DNA of 27,950 nucleotides from Promethearchaeota archaeon (GTDB lineage: Archaea > Asgardarchaeota > Lokiarchaeia > Sigyniarchaeales > SOKP01), in the NCBI GenBank assembly GCA_019057865.1, contig JAHLWP010000045.1, forward strand, positions 1 through 27,950, written 5' to 3'. Position numbers and translations under genes: made by a program. The notes under the pieces are model-generated. The model saw only the letters and a program-made list of their open reading frames with translations, searched no databases and had not been told where the DNA came from. Below are positions 8,813 to 17,954 of this stretch, piece after piece (within the stretch, counting starts at the first letter, position 1; the number at the start of each line of letters is the position of its first letter).

Positions 8813-9460
8813 ATGTCAGATGATGAAATTTTAAATAAGCTTAAGGAAAGTGTTCTAGATTTTGATGAAGAGACTGCTAAAGAAGCTGCTAAGGAAGCAA
8901 TAAAGGCAGGAATTGACCCATCAAAAGCAATAAAGGAAGGGTTATACCTGGGCTTAAAAGAAATTGCGGATCAATATGAAGACAATTTCTTTATAACAGA
9001 TATGGTTATAGCTTCAGATGTATTCTATGCGGGTGCGAATATTTTAAAACTTAAAATAGATCCAGAAAAAGCTAAGGCAGATAGTAAAGGAACAGCCGTT
9101 ATTGGCGTTGTGAAAGGAGATATTCATGATCTTGGCAAGAACATGATGAAATACCTATTTGAAGCTGAAGGTTTCGAAATTATTGATCTGGGATTTGATG
9201 TTCCTGCTGAGAAATTTGTTGAAGAGGCAGAGAAAAACGATGCGGATCTTATCTTAATTTCTTTAATGCTAAGCTCAAGGTTTCCTGAAATCGGAAAAAT
9301 CGTTAATTTAGCTAAAGAAAAAAAGTTACAAGCAAATGGGGTGAAGATTATGGCTGGTGGGGGACCTGTTTCAGAAAAAATAGCCTATGAACAAGGTGCT
9401 GATGGATGGGCACTCACAGCTCCTTTAACGGTTAAAAAAGCTTTAGATTTGCTTAAATAA
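8813..9460 (+). CDS. Corrinoid (B12-binding) protein, MtaC/MtbC/MttC-like
   Basis: N-terminal cap domain plus GVVKGDIHDLGKN (DxHxxG), DLGFDVP, MAGGGP, GADGW; SD GGAGGT. Confidence 0.92.
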   Translation: MSDDEILNKLKESVLDFDEETAKEAAKEAIKAGIDPSKAIKEGLYLGLKEIADQYEDNFFITDMVIASDVFYAGANILKLKIDPEKAKADSKGTAVIGVVKGDIHDLGKNMMKYLFEAEGFEIIDLGFDVPAEKFVEEAEKNDADLILISLMLSSRFPEIGKIVNLAKEKKLQANGVKIMAGGGPVSEKIAYEQGADGWALTAPLTVKKALDLLK

Positions 9461-9484
9461 TATATCAAATAGGATTAGTATTAA

Positions 9485-11323
9485 TTAACAATTATAAAAG
9501 AAGTTAAATAAGAGATTAATCTCTTTTTCTTTTACCTTAAATAAATCGAAAAATAATTTATCAATTCTTACTTGAATTTCTTTTCTATTCCCGCTGGATT
9601 GAACTAATTGTTTTGTTAATTTTTTGATTAAAGATATTTTCTTACAGTCCTTTTCTGATGTAAAGTTTTTTATAAAAGGGATGGGCAAATCATCTTCTAA
9701 TTTTGTCTTACTTCGCTTTATCCGAATATTTTTTGCGTTAAATAAAAAACGGACTAATTTAGAATTCAAATACGCTAACATAAATGTGTAATCAATAGAT
9801 TTCTGGTTAAATCTTGGCCATAAGAAATATGTATCAGATGTAGCAAAATATGAGGACTTTGAATATCCGAAAATATTCTCGTTAGATATATACTTAAAAA
9901 AGATCTTTTTACCCATTTCATAAAAAGGTTCAAGATCAATTAAGGTTTCATTGGAATTATTTTCATTTCTCCGGATAAACGTCCCTCTTCTTGGAAAAAA
10001 ATAATCATTTGGATTCTCTTTTGCATTAACTAAAATATTTCTTAATTCTGTTTTATATTGTTTTAGGTATTGAATTAGATTTGGATATTTTTCTTCAAAA
10101 AATCGATTTCTTTCCTCTATATTCGCACCATGAAATTCATTTTTATTAAAATATATAGCAGACCCGGTATGATCCCCTTCATTATAACTGTAAGGCTTTA
10201 TTGATTTACTTTTATAAATTTTCTTAAGTCTTTCTTTCTCATTGTTTAAAATCTTTACAAATTTATTGTTAATTTTTATATATACATCTCGCTTCTCTAT
10301 TTTAAGATTCTTTCCTTCATTTAAAATAAATAAATTATCTTTGATAAAAATTATACCATTTCGTACAATAAATCTATCCTTAAGATAAGAGATTTTACCA
10401 TTAACGATACAGTTTTTTTCAATATCATCAATAATCTCCTTGATCTCTTCCGGATATAATAAGTTCCAACTTCTATCTGGTTTCAAATCATTATTCGTTA
10501 TAGCAGATCTATATTTTCTTATGCTTCTATTATCATTACCTAATAATACCTTTTTAAAAATCAATGTATTAAAATTTTCATTATTATTACTTGAATTTCC
10601 ATTCTTAGTAATCTGAATTACTTGAATAGGTTTGTTTACGGATCGTTGCTTCTCCAGATCTGTTTTCTTCCTTAATATAAAAATACAATTATGCTGCCCT
10701 TCTGCTCCTTTAAATAAGGTCATATTTGATAAGTCGATGTATTGAAGTAAAAAACATTCTTCTAATATATGGGGTTTTAATAATTTTATCCCTGTCTTTC
10801 TGGATTTTGTTAGCCAGTAATTTGTTGTGATAAATGATAAAATCCCACCCGGTTTAAGTTTTAAAATTCCTAAATGTATAAAATAATAAAATAAATCCAT
10901 ATTACCTACAAAGAATTTTTTACATATAGGAAACTTCTTTATATAATCTTGAAATACCTTTGCATTGTAATTTTGGCCTAAATATGGAGGATTACCAATT
11001 ATTAGATCAAATTTTTCGTTTAGATCGGAGCCTAAAAAGTTTTCAAAATTGAATTTTACCTGAGGATAATTCTTTAAAAGATTCGTCTTCAAACTATTAT
11101 CCATTTCATAAGCAGTTATATCTGAAAAGTTATTTTGAATAAGAGATTTCAGAAATATACCTTCTCCTACAGATGGTTCCAAAACCTTTAAATCTTGATG
11201 AGTTTTATTATCGGTCGTAATAAAATTAGATATATTATTAACCATAAATTTCGCGATATATTTAGGAGTAAATATTTGTCCAATTAAATTATATCCTCTT
11301 TTATTATTATTTTTTAAAACCAT
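9485..11323 (-). CDS. N6-adenine DNA methyltransferase, gamma class (TaqI/Eco57I-like), no adjacent endonuclease
   Basis: GQIFTP (motif X), VLEPSVGEGIFL (motif I), IIGNPPY (motif IV), DLFYYF, LKPGG, and TaqI-C-like LAYLNSKL. Confidence 0.88.
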   Translation of the reverse strand: MVLKNNNKRGYNLIGQIFTPKYIAKFMVNNISNFITTDNKTHQDLKVLEPSVGEGIFLKSLIQNNFSDITAYEMDNSLKTNLLKNYPQVKFNFENFLGSDLNEKFDLIIGNPPYLGQNYNAKVFQDYIKKFPICKKFFVGNMDLFYYFIHLGILKLKPGGILSFITTNYWLTKSRKTGIKLLKPHILEECFLLQYIDLSNMTLFKGAEGQHNCIFILRKKTDLEKQRSVNKPIQVIQITKNGNSSNNNENFNTLIFKKVLLGNDNRSIRKYRSAITNNDLKPDRSWNLLYPEEIKEIIDDIEKNCIVNGKISYLKDRFIVRNGIIFIKDNLFILNEGKNLKIEKRDVYIKINNKFVKILNNEKERLKKIYKSKSIKPYSYNEGDHTGSAIYFNKNEFHGANIEERNRFFEEKYPNLIQYLKQYKTELRNILVNAKENPNDYFFPRRGTFIRRNENNSNETLIDLEPFYEMGKKIFFKYISNENIFGYSKSSYFATSDTYFLWPRFNQKSIDYTFMLAYLNSKLVRFLFNAKNIRIKRSKTKLEDDLPIPFIKNFTSEKDCKKISLIKKLTKQLVQSSGNRKEIQVRIDKLFFDLFKVKEKEINLLFNFFYNC

Positions 11324-11419
11324 CTTACCTTAATATTAGGTTATAAAGTCTAAATATTTGGTGGTTAATTGATTTTAAAAAGCAAAAAAGTAGGAAGAAA
11401 AAAGGATAGATGTATTAGA

Positions 11420-12952
11420 TTAATGATCATGATTATGTTGATGCTCGTGATGCTCCATTTTAATGTTTATCGGTTGTAAATTACCAATTGCCCAACCTGT
11501 CACCTCATTAAGTGAAGGATGAATAACCATTGAGTGATAAATTGGCATAAATGAGCCACCTTCCGGACAAGCTCGGGCAATTTTAGGAATATCAGTTTCT
11601 TCAGTAAATTCTGGTAAAACACAAGTAAATCCTGAATTCATCAAATACACAAATGGTTGAACGAGAATTGCTGCATAAGGCCCAACAACATGTGCTCCTA
11701 AAATTCTATATGATTTATCAACTATTAATTTAACAAATCCATCATCTTCTTCACCAGTTTTAAAACCCATTGCGAAACCCTTTGCTACAGTTGAGTAATT
11801 TTTTACTGCTATATAAATTTCATGTCCTTTTTCTATTGCTTCTGCTTGAGTCATTCCAGCATGACCTATTTGAGGATAAGTAAAAATCGCCCATGGAACT
11901 GCAGAATAATCTACTGAACGTTTTTGATCTTCTGGACCAAAAATATTATTAGTACAAATTTCTGATTCATAATTTGCTTTATGACGAAATTGAAATAGAC
12001 CATTAGCATCACCAATACACCAAATATTCTTTTTATTAGTTTCCAAATACATGTTTGTTTTTATCCAGCCTTTTTCATTTATTTCAACACCAGTGTTTTC
12101 AACTTTTAATAGATCTGCATTTGAACGTCGGCCTGTAGCTACAAGAATTTCTTCTGCTGTAATTTCCACTTCTTGACCTGTCTCCATGTTTCTAGCAATT
12201 ACTATTTTTGTTTTTTTCTTTAATTTTGCTTTAATTGCTTTATGATTAACATAGACTTTCATATATTTCTTAAAATTTTGTTCTAAAAATTGACTGATTT
12301 CTGGTTCTTCAGTCGTCACTAAACGAGGAAGCATCTCAATGATTGATACTTCTGTTCCCATAGCTGAGAAAATATGAGCAAATTCTGCAGCAATTACTCC
12401 TCCTCCAATAATTATAAGACTTTTCCAAGGTTGACTTGGAAATTTTTCACCAAAGAAGCTTTCATTGGTAATATAGCCTACATCTTCTAAACCTTCAACT
12501 GGTGGGATAAATGATCGTGCCCCTGAGGCTATTACGAATTTATCTCCTTTAAATGTGCCAAGAATCTCTTTCCCATCAATAGAATTTACCCGCATCTCAT
12601 ATTCTCCAGTAAATTCGCCTATTCCTTTGTATAATGTGAGATTAGGGACGTGTGATAATCCCTGCTCGATCTGCTTGCTTTCATCGATCTGAGACCACAT
12701 TCTTTTGGATATTAAATCCCAATCAATTCTTTGTACATTGAAATGAATTCCAACTTTACTTGCATGTTGAGCTTCTCGAATCAAGTCTGCTGGGTGTACT
12801 AAAACTTTCGAAGGAATACAACCACGAGTTAAACATGTAGCGCCTAACTTTGTATCTTCTACGAGTGCACATTTCATACCCATTTGGAGACCCACATTCA
12901 AAACATTTAGTCCTGCTCCACTGCCTATAACAACTAAATCATATGTTTCCAT
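11420..12952 (-). CDS. Class-I pyridine nucleotide-disulfide oxidoreductase (dihydrolipoyl dehydrogenase / mycothione reductase-like)
   Basis: VIGSGAG (FAD), GATCLTRGCIPSK redox-active disulfide, IIGGGVIAAE (NAD(P)), ATGRRSN, GD, catalytic HPSLNE; His-rich tail. Confidence 0.88.
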   Translation of the reverse strand: METYDLVVIGSGAGLNVLNVGLQMGMKCALVEDTKLGATCLTRGCIPSKVLVHPADLIREAQHASKVGIHFNVQRIDWDLISKRMWSQIDESKQIEQGLSHVPNLTLYKGIGEFTGEYEMRVNSIDGKEILGTFKGDKFVIASGARSFIPPVEGLEDVGYITNESFFGEKFPSQPWKSLIIIGGGVIAAEFAHIFSAMGTEVSIIEMLPRLVTTEEPEISQFLEQNFKKYMKVYVNHKAIKAKLKKKTKIVIARNMETGQEVEITAEEILVATGRRSNADLLKVENTGVEINEKGWIKTNMYLETNKKNIWCIGDANGLFQFRHKANYESEICTNNIFGPEDQKRSVDYSAVPWAIFTYPQIGHAGMTQAEAIEKGHEIYIAVKNYSTVAKGFAMGFKTGEEDDGFVKLIVDKSYRILGAHVVGPYAAILVQPFVYLMNSGFTCVLPEFTEETDIPKIARACPEGGSFMPIYHSMVIHPSLNEVTGWAIGNLQPINIKMEHHEHQHNHDH

Positions 12953-13221
12953 AAATTCAATTTTGAAAGTATTATTTTTAAAGTTTTTACTAATGTTTTA
13001 AAGGAAAAAGTGAAATAAAAGAAATATAAAGATAGAGAGATGTATCTCTTTATTTAAAAAAAGTTATTAAAAATTTATAATATCATTACTTTTCATTAGT
13101 AAGAAGAAAAAATAAAACAAAATGGTGTTCGATAATAACAATATCAAAAGAAATCATACGAGACGAAAAAATTAGAACTGTCATTAATTCAGAATATAAA
13201 GATAATGAGTTCATAAATTTA

Positions 13222-14397
13222 ATGAAAAAGATTACAAATGAATCTATTGAATCTAATTCTTTTTATAAAGAATTAGTTAATAAACAGAAATTTAGTACAG
13301 ATGATTTGAATAATTTAGATGATTTAGCGATAATCCCATATATACCTGGTCCTTATTTCAAAGAATCCGCTAATATGTTTAAAAAGTTAATGAAAATTCC
13401 AGTAAAATCCCCTGAATTTGAAACTTGGAATGTATCTTCTTGTACTACAGGAGACGCATCCTTAGTGGGGCGTTCAAGAGAGGATATAGAATTATTGGCA
13501 AGTATGACCATCAAATGTATCTATGAATTTATTCCCATCCCTAAAGATGAATGGTATAACACAATCTCATTTAATTTTTCTCCAAGTGTTAAGTTTTTAA
13601 ACAGAATTGCATGGAGATATACAAAAATCAGACCAGTTAAATTATATGGTAGTATTTTACATGAAATATCAACAAGGATGTCGAATCCAAAATTTCTAAT
13701 TAAATTTTTTATTTTAAAAGCATTTAAGGAAATCATTAAAAAACGAAGCCTTGTAGGGGCTTTTGGAATAAATACAAAATTCGTTATTAATGAAGTTAGG
13801 AAAAACTCACAAAAACCAGAAGAGGAACAGAAACATATCTCATTTGGAGGAAGTCTTCAATTACTAAATATCTTTATGAACGTGTATATGAAAGAAGATA
13901 ATATCAGATTCGATATACCTAATAGTGTTGTTAATACTGGTGGTGGAGGGTGGAGTGGGCATAAATCTCAATTGAAATATCCTCCTATAGATAAAGTAAA
14001 ATTTGTTTCGGATTGCATTGAATACTTTGGAACTAAAGCTGATAGAATCACGGATATGTATGGTTTTACAGAAACACCAATAGTTTTTGGTAGTCATTGG
14101 TCAGATAAACATCAAGACTTTATTTTCCATTGTCCATCTCAAGCCAGAATTCTAATTAGAGATTTAAACTCATTAGATCCTCTCAATAAGAAGGGTGATC
14201 AGGGTCTTCTGGAGGTTTTTACACCATTTGGAGTAGCGACCTCAGTAAATCATGCTGTACTCATAGATGATTTAGTAGAGTTAGTTTCAAAGAATAGATG
14301 TCCTGAATGCGGATATGAAGGTGATTCGTTTTTAGTTCATGGTAGAATTAAAGATAAAGAAGGACTCGGATGTGCATCTATCCTTGAATGGATATAA
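13222..14397 (+). CDS. LuxE-like acyl-protein synthetase (ANL adenylation superfamily)
   Basis: VSSCTTG (P-loop), NTGGGGW, DMYGFTE, LIDDL, CPECG, HGRI...GCA (C-terminal Cys like the LuxE acylation site). The frame stays open upstream; the start may be ATA at about 13132-13135. Confidence 0.72.
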   Translation: MKKITNESIESNSFYKELVNKQKFSTDDLNNLDDLAIIPYIPGPYFKESANMFKKLMKIPVKSPEFETWNVSSCTTGDASLVGRSREDIELLASMTIKCIYEFIPIPKDEWYNTISFNFSPSVKFLNRIAWRYTKIRPVKLYGSILHEISTRMSNPKFLIKFFILKAFKEIIKKRSLVGAFGINTKFVINEVRKNSQKPEEEQKHISFGGSLQLLNIFMNVYMKEDNIRFDIPNSVVNTGGGGWSGHKSQLKYPPIDKVKFVSDCIEYFGTKADRITDMYGFTETPIVFGSHWSDKHQDFIFHCPSQARILIRDLNSLDPLNKKGDQGLLEVFTPFGVATSVNHAVLIDDLVELVSKNRCPECGYEGDSFLVHGRIKDKEGLGCASILEWI

Positions 14398-14462
14398 ATC
14401 TGGAAAACTAATAATTTTAAAAAAAAGAAGGTAAAAATTGAATTGAGTGCAACCAATTTTAT

Positions 14463-15401
14463 TTAAGATTCTATAATTTCTACGAGTTTTGGAAAGATTC
14501 TGGTGTAATGAACGCTCATTGCATGAATTCCGGAAAGAAGATTCTTTTTTCTTAATTCTGTGATGAATGGTTTGAAAAATCTGTAATTTGCTTGATCATA
14601 AGCTTCTTTTTGCATTTTCTTATCAGTTGAATAATCAGTTTTAATGCCCTTCCATTTAGCTAAAATATTTTTAGGAACGCTCACGCCTGGCACAAATGTA
14701 TCAAAACCTTTAGCCATTCCATAACTCTTCATTGGAAATATTCCTAAGAGAATAGGCACTTTATATTTTTTAATTTCTGTTAAAAATTCAATGGTTCGAT
14801 CTAAGTCATAAACTACTTGAGTTTGTATAAATTCACAACCCGCTTCTGCTTTCCGTCCAATTTTTAAGATTTCTGCTTCCATTGGTTCTGCATTTGGATT
14901 TGCTGCTACGCCCACATGAAGAGTTGGTGGGTGCTCAATTTCGTGACCATTTATCGTTCCTGTATCAACCATTTCTCTCACAAGTTTTACTAACGTTGCA
15001 GAATCTAAATCAAAAACAGGTTTACTTTCAGCCATATCACCTAATGCAGTGTGATCACCAGTAAGAGAAAGGATATTTCTTAATCCTAAGGCATGTCCTC
15101 CCATAATCATACCAGCTATACCCAATTTATTAACATCTCGTACGGTTAATTGCCAAATAACTTCTAAATTTGCTTCTTTCTGAATAATATGCGAAGCAGC
15201 CATACTATTAATTGTTACGATACCAAGAGGACTATCTGTAACGTTTGCAGCAATAACATAAGGGGCCATATCTTTTGCCTCTTGGATTGTATGAGAAAGG
15301 TCGCATGTCTTTTCAGGCTCAAGTTCACCAGTAAGTATGAATTCTCCCTTTGCAAGTGCTTCTCCTAATTTTGAATACACATGGTTTTCTCTTTCTGACA
15401 C
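14463..15401 (-). CDS. metF: Methylenetetrahydrofolate reductase, catalytic subunit (copy 1)
   Basis: GELEP, ANVTDSP, QLTVRD, LTGDH, PVFDLDS, KAEAGCEFIQTQ, PGVSVP. SD GGAGGTGA places the start at GTG 15401 (ORF track gives 15410). Confidence 0.9.
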   Translation of the reverse strand: MSERENHVYSKLGEALAKGEFILTGELEPEKTCDLSHTIQEAKDMAPYVIAANVTDSPLGIVTINSMAASHIIQKEANLEVIWQLTVRDVNKLGIAGMIMGGHALGLRNILSLTGDHTALGDMAESKPVFDLDSATLVKLVREMVDTGTINGHEIEHPPTLHVGVAANPNAEPMEAEILKIGRKAEAGCEFIQTQVVYDLDRTIEFLTEIKKYKVPILLGIFPMKSYGMAKGFDTFVPGVSVPKNILAKWKGIKTDYSTDKKMQKEAYDQANYRFFKPFITELRKKNLLSGIHAMSVHYTRIFPKLVEIIES

Positions 15402-15413
15402 TTTTTTCACCTC

Positions 15414-16085
15414 CTACCTAAAAACAACTTCTTGTTGATGTCCACTTTCAGACCAATCTCTTGCATCACGTAGTTGGCTAAAAAGATCCAACCTGCCGAT
15501 TGTTTTCAGGCGATTAAAAATCAAAACCCAACCGCAATCTTTTTCATAATTACCAACTTCGCATTTTCCATCAACCATACCACCACAAGGACCATTCATG
15601 AGACCTTTAGCGCATGTAGCAACAGGACAGATCCCTCCAGTATAGTTCAAATAGCAATCACCGCAAGCTCTACAGCGCATATAGAACCTACCGATTCTCT
15701 CAGTCATACCAATAAATTTTGTATTATTGGAGACAAGAACTGGTTTTTTTGGATATTTGTTCTCCAGCACCTTTACTATACTCTGAAGCCCCAATCCACA
15801 ACTAAGGGTTAAAATTGCGTCAGATTCTTGAATTTCGTCATCAATTTTGCGAAGATCCTTTTTCATAACTCTATTATCACATACATCCTCAGAAACTATA
15901 ACAGCAGTAACTTCATATCCTTTTTCTATTAAAAGGTCATTCCATTCTTTTGCACCTTCTGTCCCTCCAGTTTGGCAAAGAGCAGCACAAGTGCCACAAC
16001 TTACAATAGCTAATTTCTTGATTTTATAGTTTTCCAACGCTTCGATTACTTCTTCAGTTGGCTTTTTTGTTGTTATAACAACCAT
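15414..16085 (-). CDS. metV: Methylene-THF reductase Fe-S/Zn subunit (copy 1)
   Basis: CGTCAALCQTGG, CD, SCGLG, CRACGDC...GGICP...CAKGLMNGPCGG...CEV...CGW; immediately upstream of metF. Confidence 0.9.
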   Translation of the reverse strand: MVVITTKKPTEEVIEALENYKIKKLAIVSCGTCAALCQTGGTEGAKEWNDLLIEKGYEVTAVIVSEDVCDNRVMKKDLRKIDDEIQESDAILTLSCGLGLQSIVKVLENKYPKKPVLVSNNTKFIGMTERIGRFYMRCRACGDCYLNYTGGICPVATCAKGLMNGPCGGMVDGKCEVGNYEKDCGWVLIFNRLKTIGRLDLFSQLRDARDWSESGHQQEVVFR

Positions 16086-16475
16086 TTTAATTTAACCATA
16101 TTTATTTATATTCTATAAAAATATCCTTAAATAGGGAAATTAACAAATACATAAAAAATTAATTATTATTTTTTATCATATTTATTAAATTGCATAGTTT
16201 AAAAAGACTAAATTTATTATTATATTGACAAAAATCATATTCATTTTGTAAGAATTATACATTTTTGTTGTTTTTAGAAAGATATTTAATGAAATTTAAT
16301 CATATTATTTTTCGAATTAAGTAATTAATTTATAGAAAAGTTAAAGAAAAAAAGAAATCTAAAAGGAGGCTTGGAATAACTATAAATTCTTTAAAAATTT
16401 ATATTATTGAGATAATGAGTTAAGCTGATTTATTATTCTTAGAAAAAAAGGAAAAAAAGAAAAAACCAAAATTAT

Positions 16476-17954
16476 TTATAATAATGCTGGTAAAATCCTT
16501 GCTAAAGGAACTGCTAGACCGCCAAGTAATGAACCAATAGAACTGATTTTTTTAATATAATCCTTAATATTTTTTGTAACTTTTACTGTTCTTGTCTTAC
16601 CCTCTATAATTGTACCTTCTGAAGAGAGTAAAAAGATTTGGACCGTTTGTTCTCCTGTTTCTCTTGGTTCTAAGGTTAACCATGTTGTATCCCCATTCTC
16701 TAACATCGTGGACAACACACCAGCAATATCAGTACTTCCAGAAGAAATTAATGGTATAGGTTTATCAGGAATCATAAAAGTACCGCGTCCTTCAACTTCA
16801 ATATCAAGAATCATCTCAGTGGGAACAAATCCAGGTGCCACTACCTTCACAGTATATTTTTTATTTTCAGGGGCGTTATTGTAAAGAAAAACCATTACAT
16901 TTAACTCAGAATTTAGGTAAACAACTTCCTGTGCTGTTGAATCCATATATATTGGATCTTTTGATACCCGTTCAATATTATCAGCTAGCTCTAATTGTAA
17001 TCTGTCTATGATGTTGAAAAATCCAGGATTAAATTTTTTAATGTAATTAAATAATTTATAGATATCTTTAATGGAGAAATACCACGCGCCTTCCATGAAT
17101 ACACCTTTCTCAACATCAAAATTATCTGAATTTACGTCAATAATTTCTCTTAATTCTTGAATTAATTGATCTTCTGATAAAACTTCCTGAAATTTCAGGT
17201 AATAGAGAAATAGTAGCTTTTCAATAGCAAAAGTAATAGGTAATTCTTCCTCTTCTTGCTCTTTTACTTTTTGAATGAAATCGGGAGTTAGAATTTTGTT
17301 TAATTCTGCTAAATATTCATCCCATTTAAGAAATGTAACTGGATCTAAATGGTTTGATAATATTTCTGCGAAAAAATTATCCAAAAATAAGGAATGAGTT
17401 GTTGGCTTGTAAAAATCTTGAAGACCATTTACATCATGAATATTGAGGTTTAAACTACGGATTAATATAGATAATCCTAAACCTACTAATGCAAAACCAG
17501 CAGCAGCAAATCCTATGTCAAGAACATCAAGAGCTAACATAACTACAAATAATATAATTGCAGTAAAACAAATAAGCGAAATAAATTTTAATAAATTTGT
17601 TACTCTTTTAACGCTGCTTGAAAGTAAGTCAAATCCGTCAAGGCTATCTATTGGTCTCCCTCTCTTTCGTTCAAACTTTAATCTCATTTTAAGAGAGCTT
17701 TCAGTAGAACTTGCACCTAGTAATAACATAAAGGAATTGAATGCATAAATGACTATAACTATTAAATAAATTACTTTTAATGTAAAATCAAGTGCTCCAA
17801 CTGCAAAAAACGCAAGAAGCGTAACTATTAACAAGGCTATAGGTAATATGAATAGTAAGAGTTTCCCCACCTTAGAAATGTAACTTATCATTTTACCTTG
17901 AAATCTTTCTTTCTTGATAATTGCCTTTAAATCCCTTTCTAATACTGCTTCCAT
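16476..17954 (-). CDS. Hypothetical membrane protein (about 4 N-terminal TM helices, soluble domain, beta-rich C-domain, hydrophobic tail)
   Basis: 492-aa ORF with hydrophobic segments LLLFILPIALLIVTLLAFFAVG, VIYLIVIVIYAF, FISLICFTAIILFVVMLAL, IGFAAAGFALVGLGLSILI. Confidence 0.75.
   Translation of the reverse strand: MEAVLERDLKAIIKKERFQGKMISYISKVGKLLLFILPIALLIVTLLAFFAVGALDFTLKVIYLIVIVIYAFNSFMLLLGASSTESSLKMRLKFERKRGRPIDSLDGFDLLSSSVKRVTNLLKFISLICFTAIILFVVMLALDVLDIGFAAAGFALVGLGLSILIRSLNLNIHDVNGLQDFYKPTTHSLFLDNFFAEILSNHLDPVTFLKWDEYLAELNKILTPDFIQKVKEQEEEELPITFAIEKLLFLYYLKFQEVLSEDQLIQELREIIDVNSDNFDVEKGVFMEGAWYFSIKDIYKLFNYIKKFNPGFFNIIDRLQLELADNIERVSKDPIYMDSTAQEVVYLNSELNVMVFLYNNAPENKKYTVKVVAPGFVPTEMILDIEVEGRGTFMIPDKPIPLISSGSTDIAGVLSTMLENGDTTWLTLEPRETGEQTVQIFLLSSEGTIIEGKTRTVKVTKNIKDYIKKISSIGSLLGGLAVPLARILPALL

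Noticed and set aside
16360-16430. AGGAGG SD-like sequence in the spacer between metV1 and the membrane protein gene
   Set aside because: Followed only by trivial ORFs; it is the complement of a pyrimidine-rich, terminator-like tract on the minus strand.
8638-17748. Short overlapping or antisense ORFs (8638, 13521, 13864, 14882, 15474, 15847, 17443)
   Set aside because: They overlap confidently assigned genes and lack recognisable motifs.
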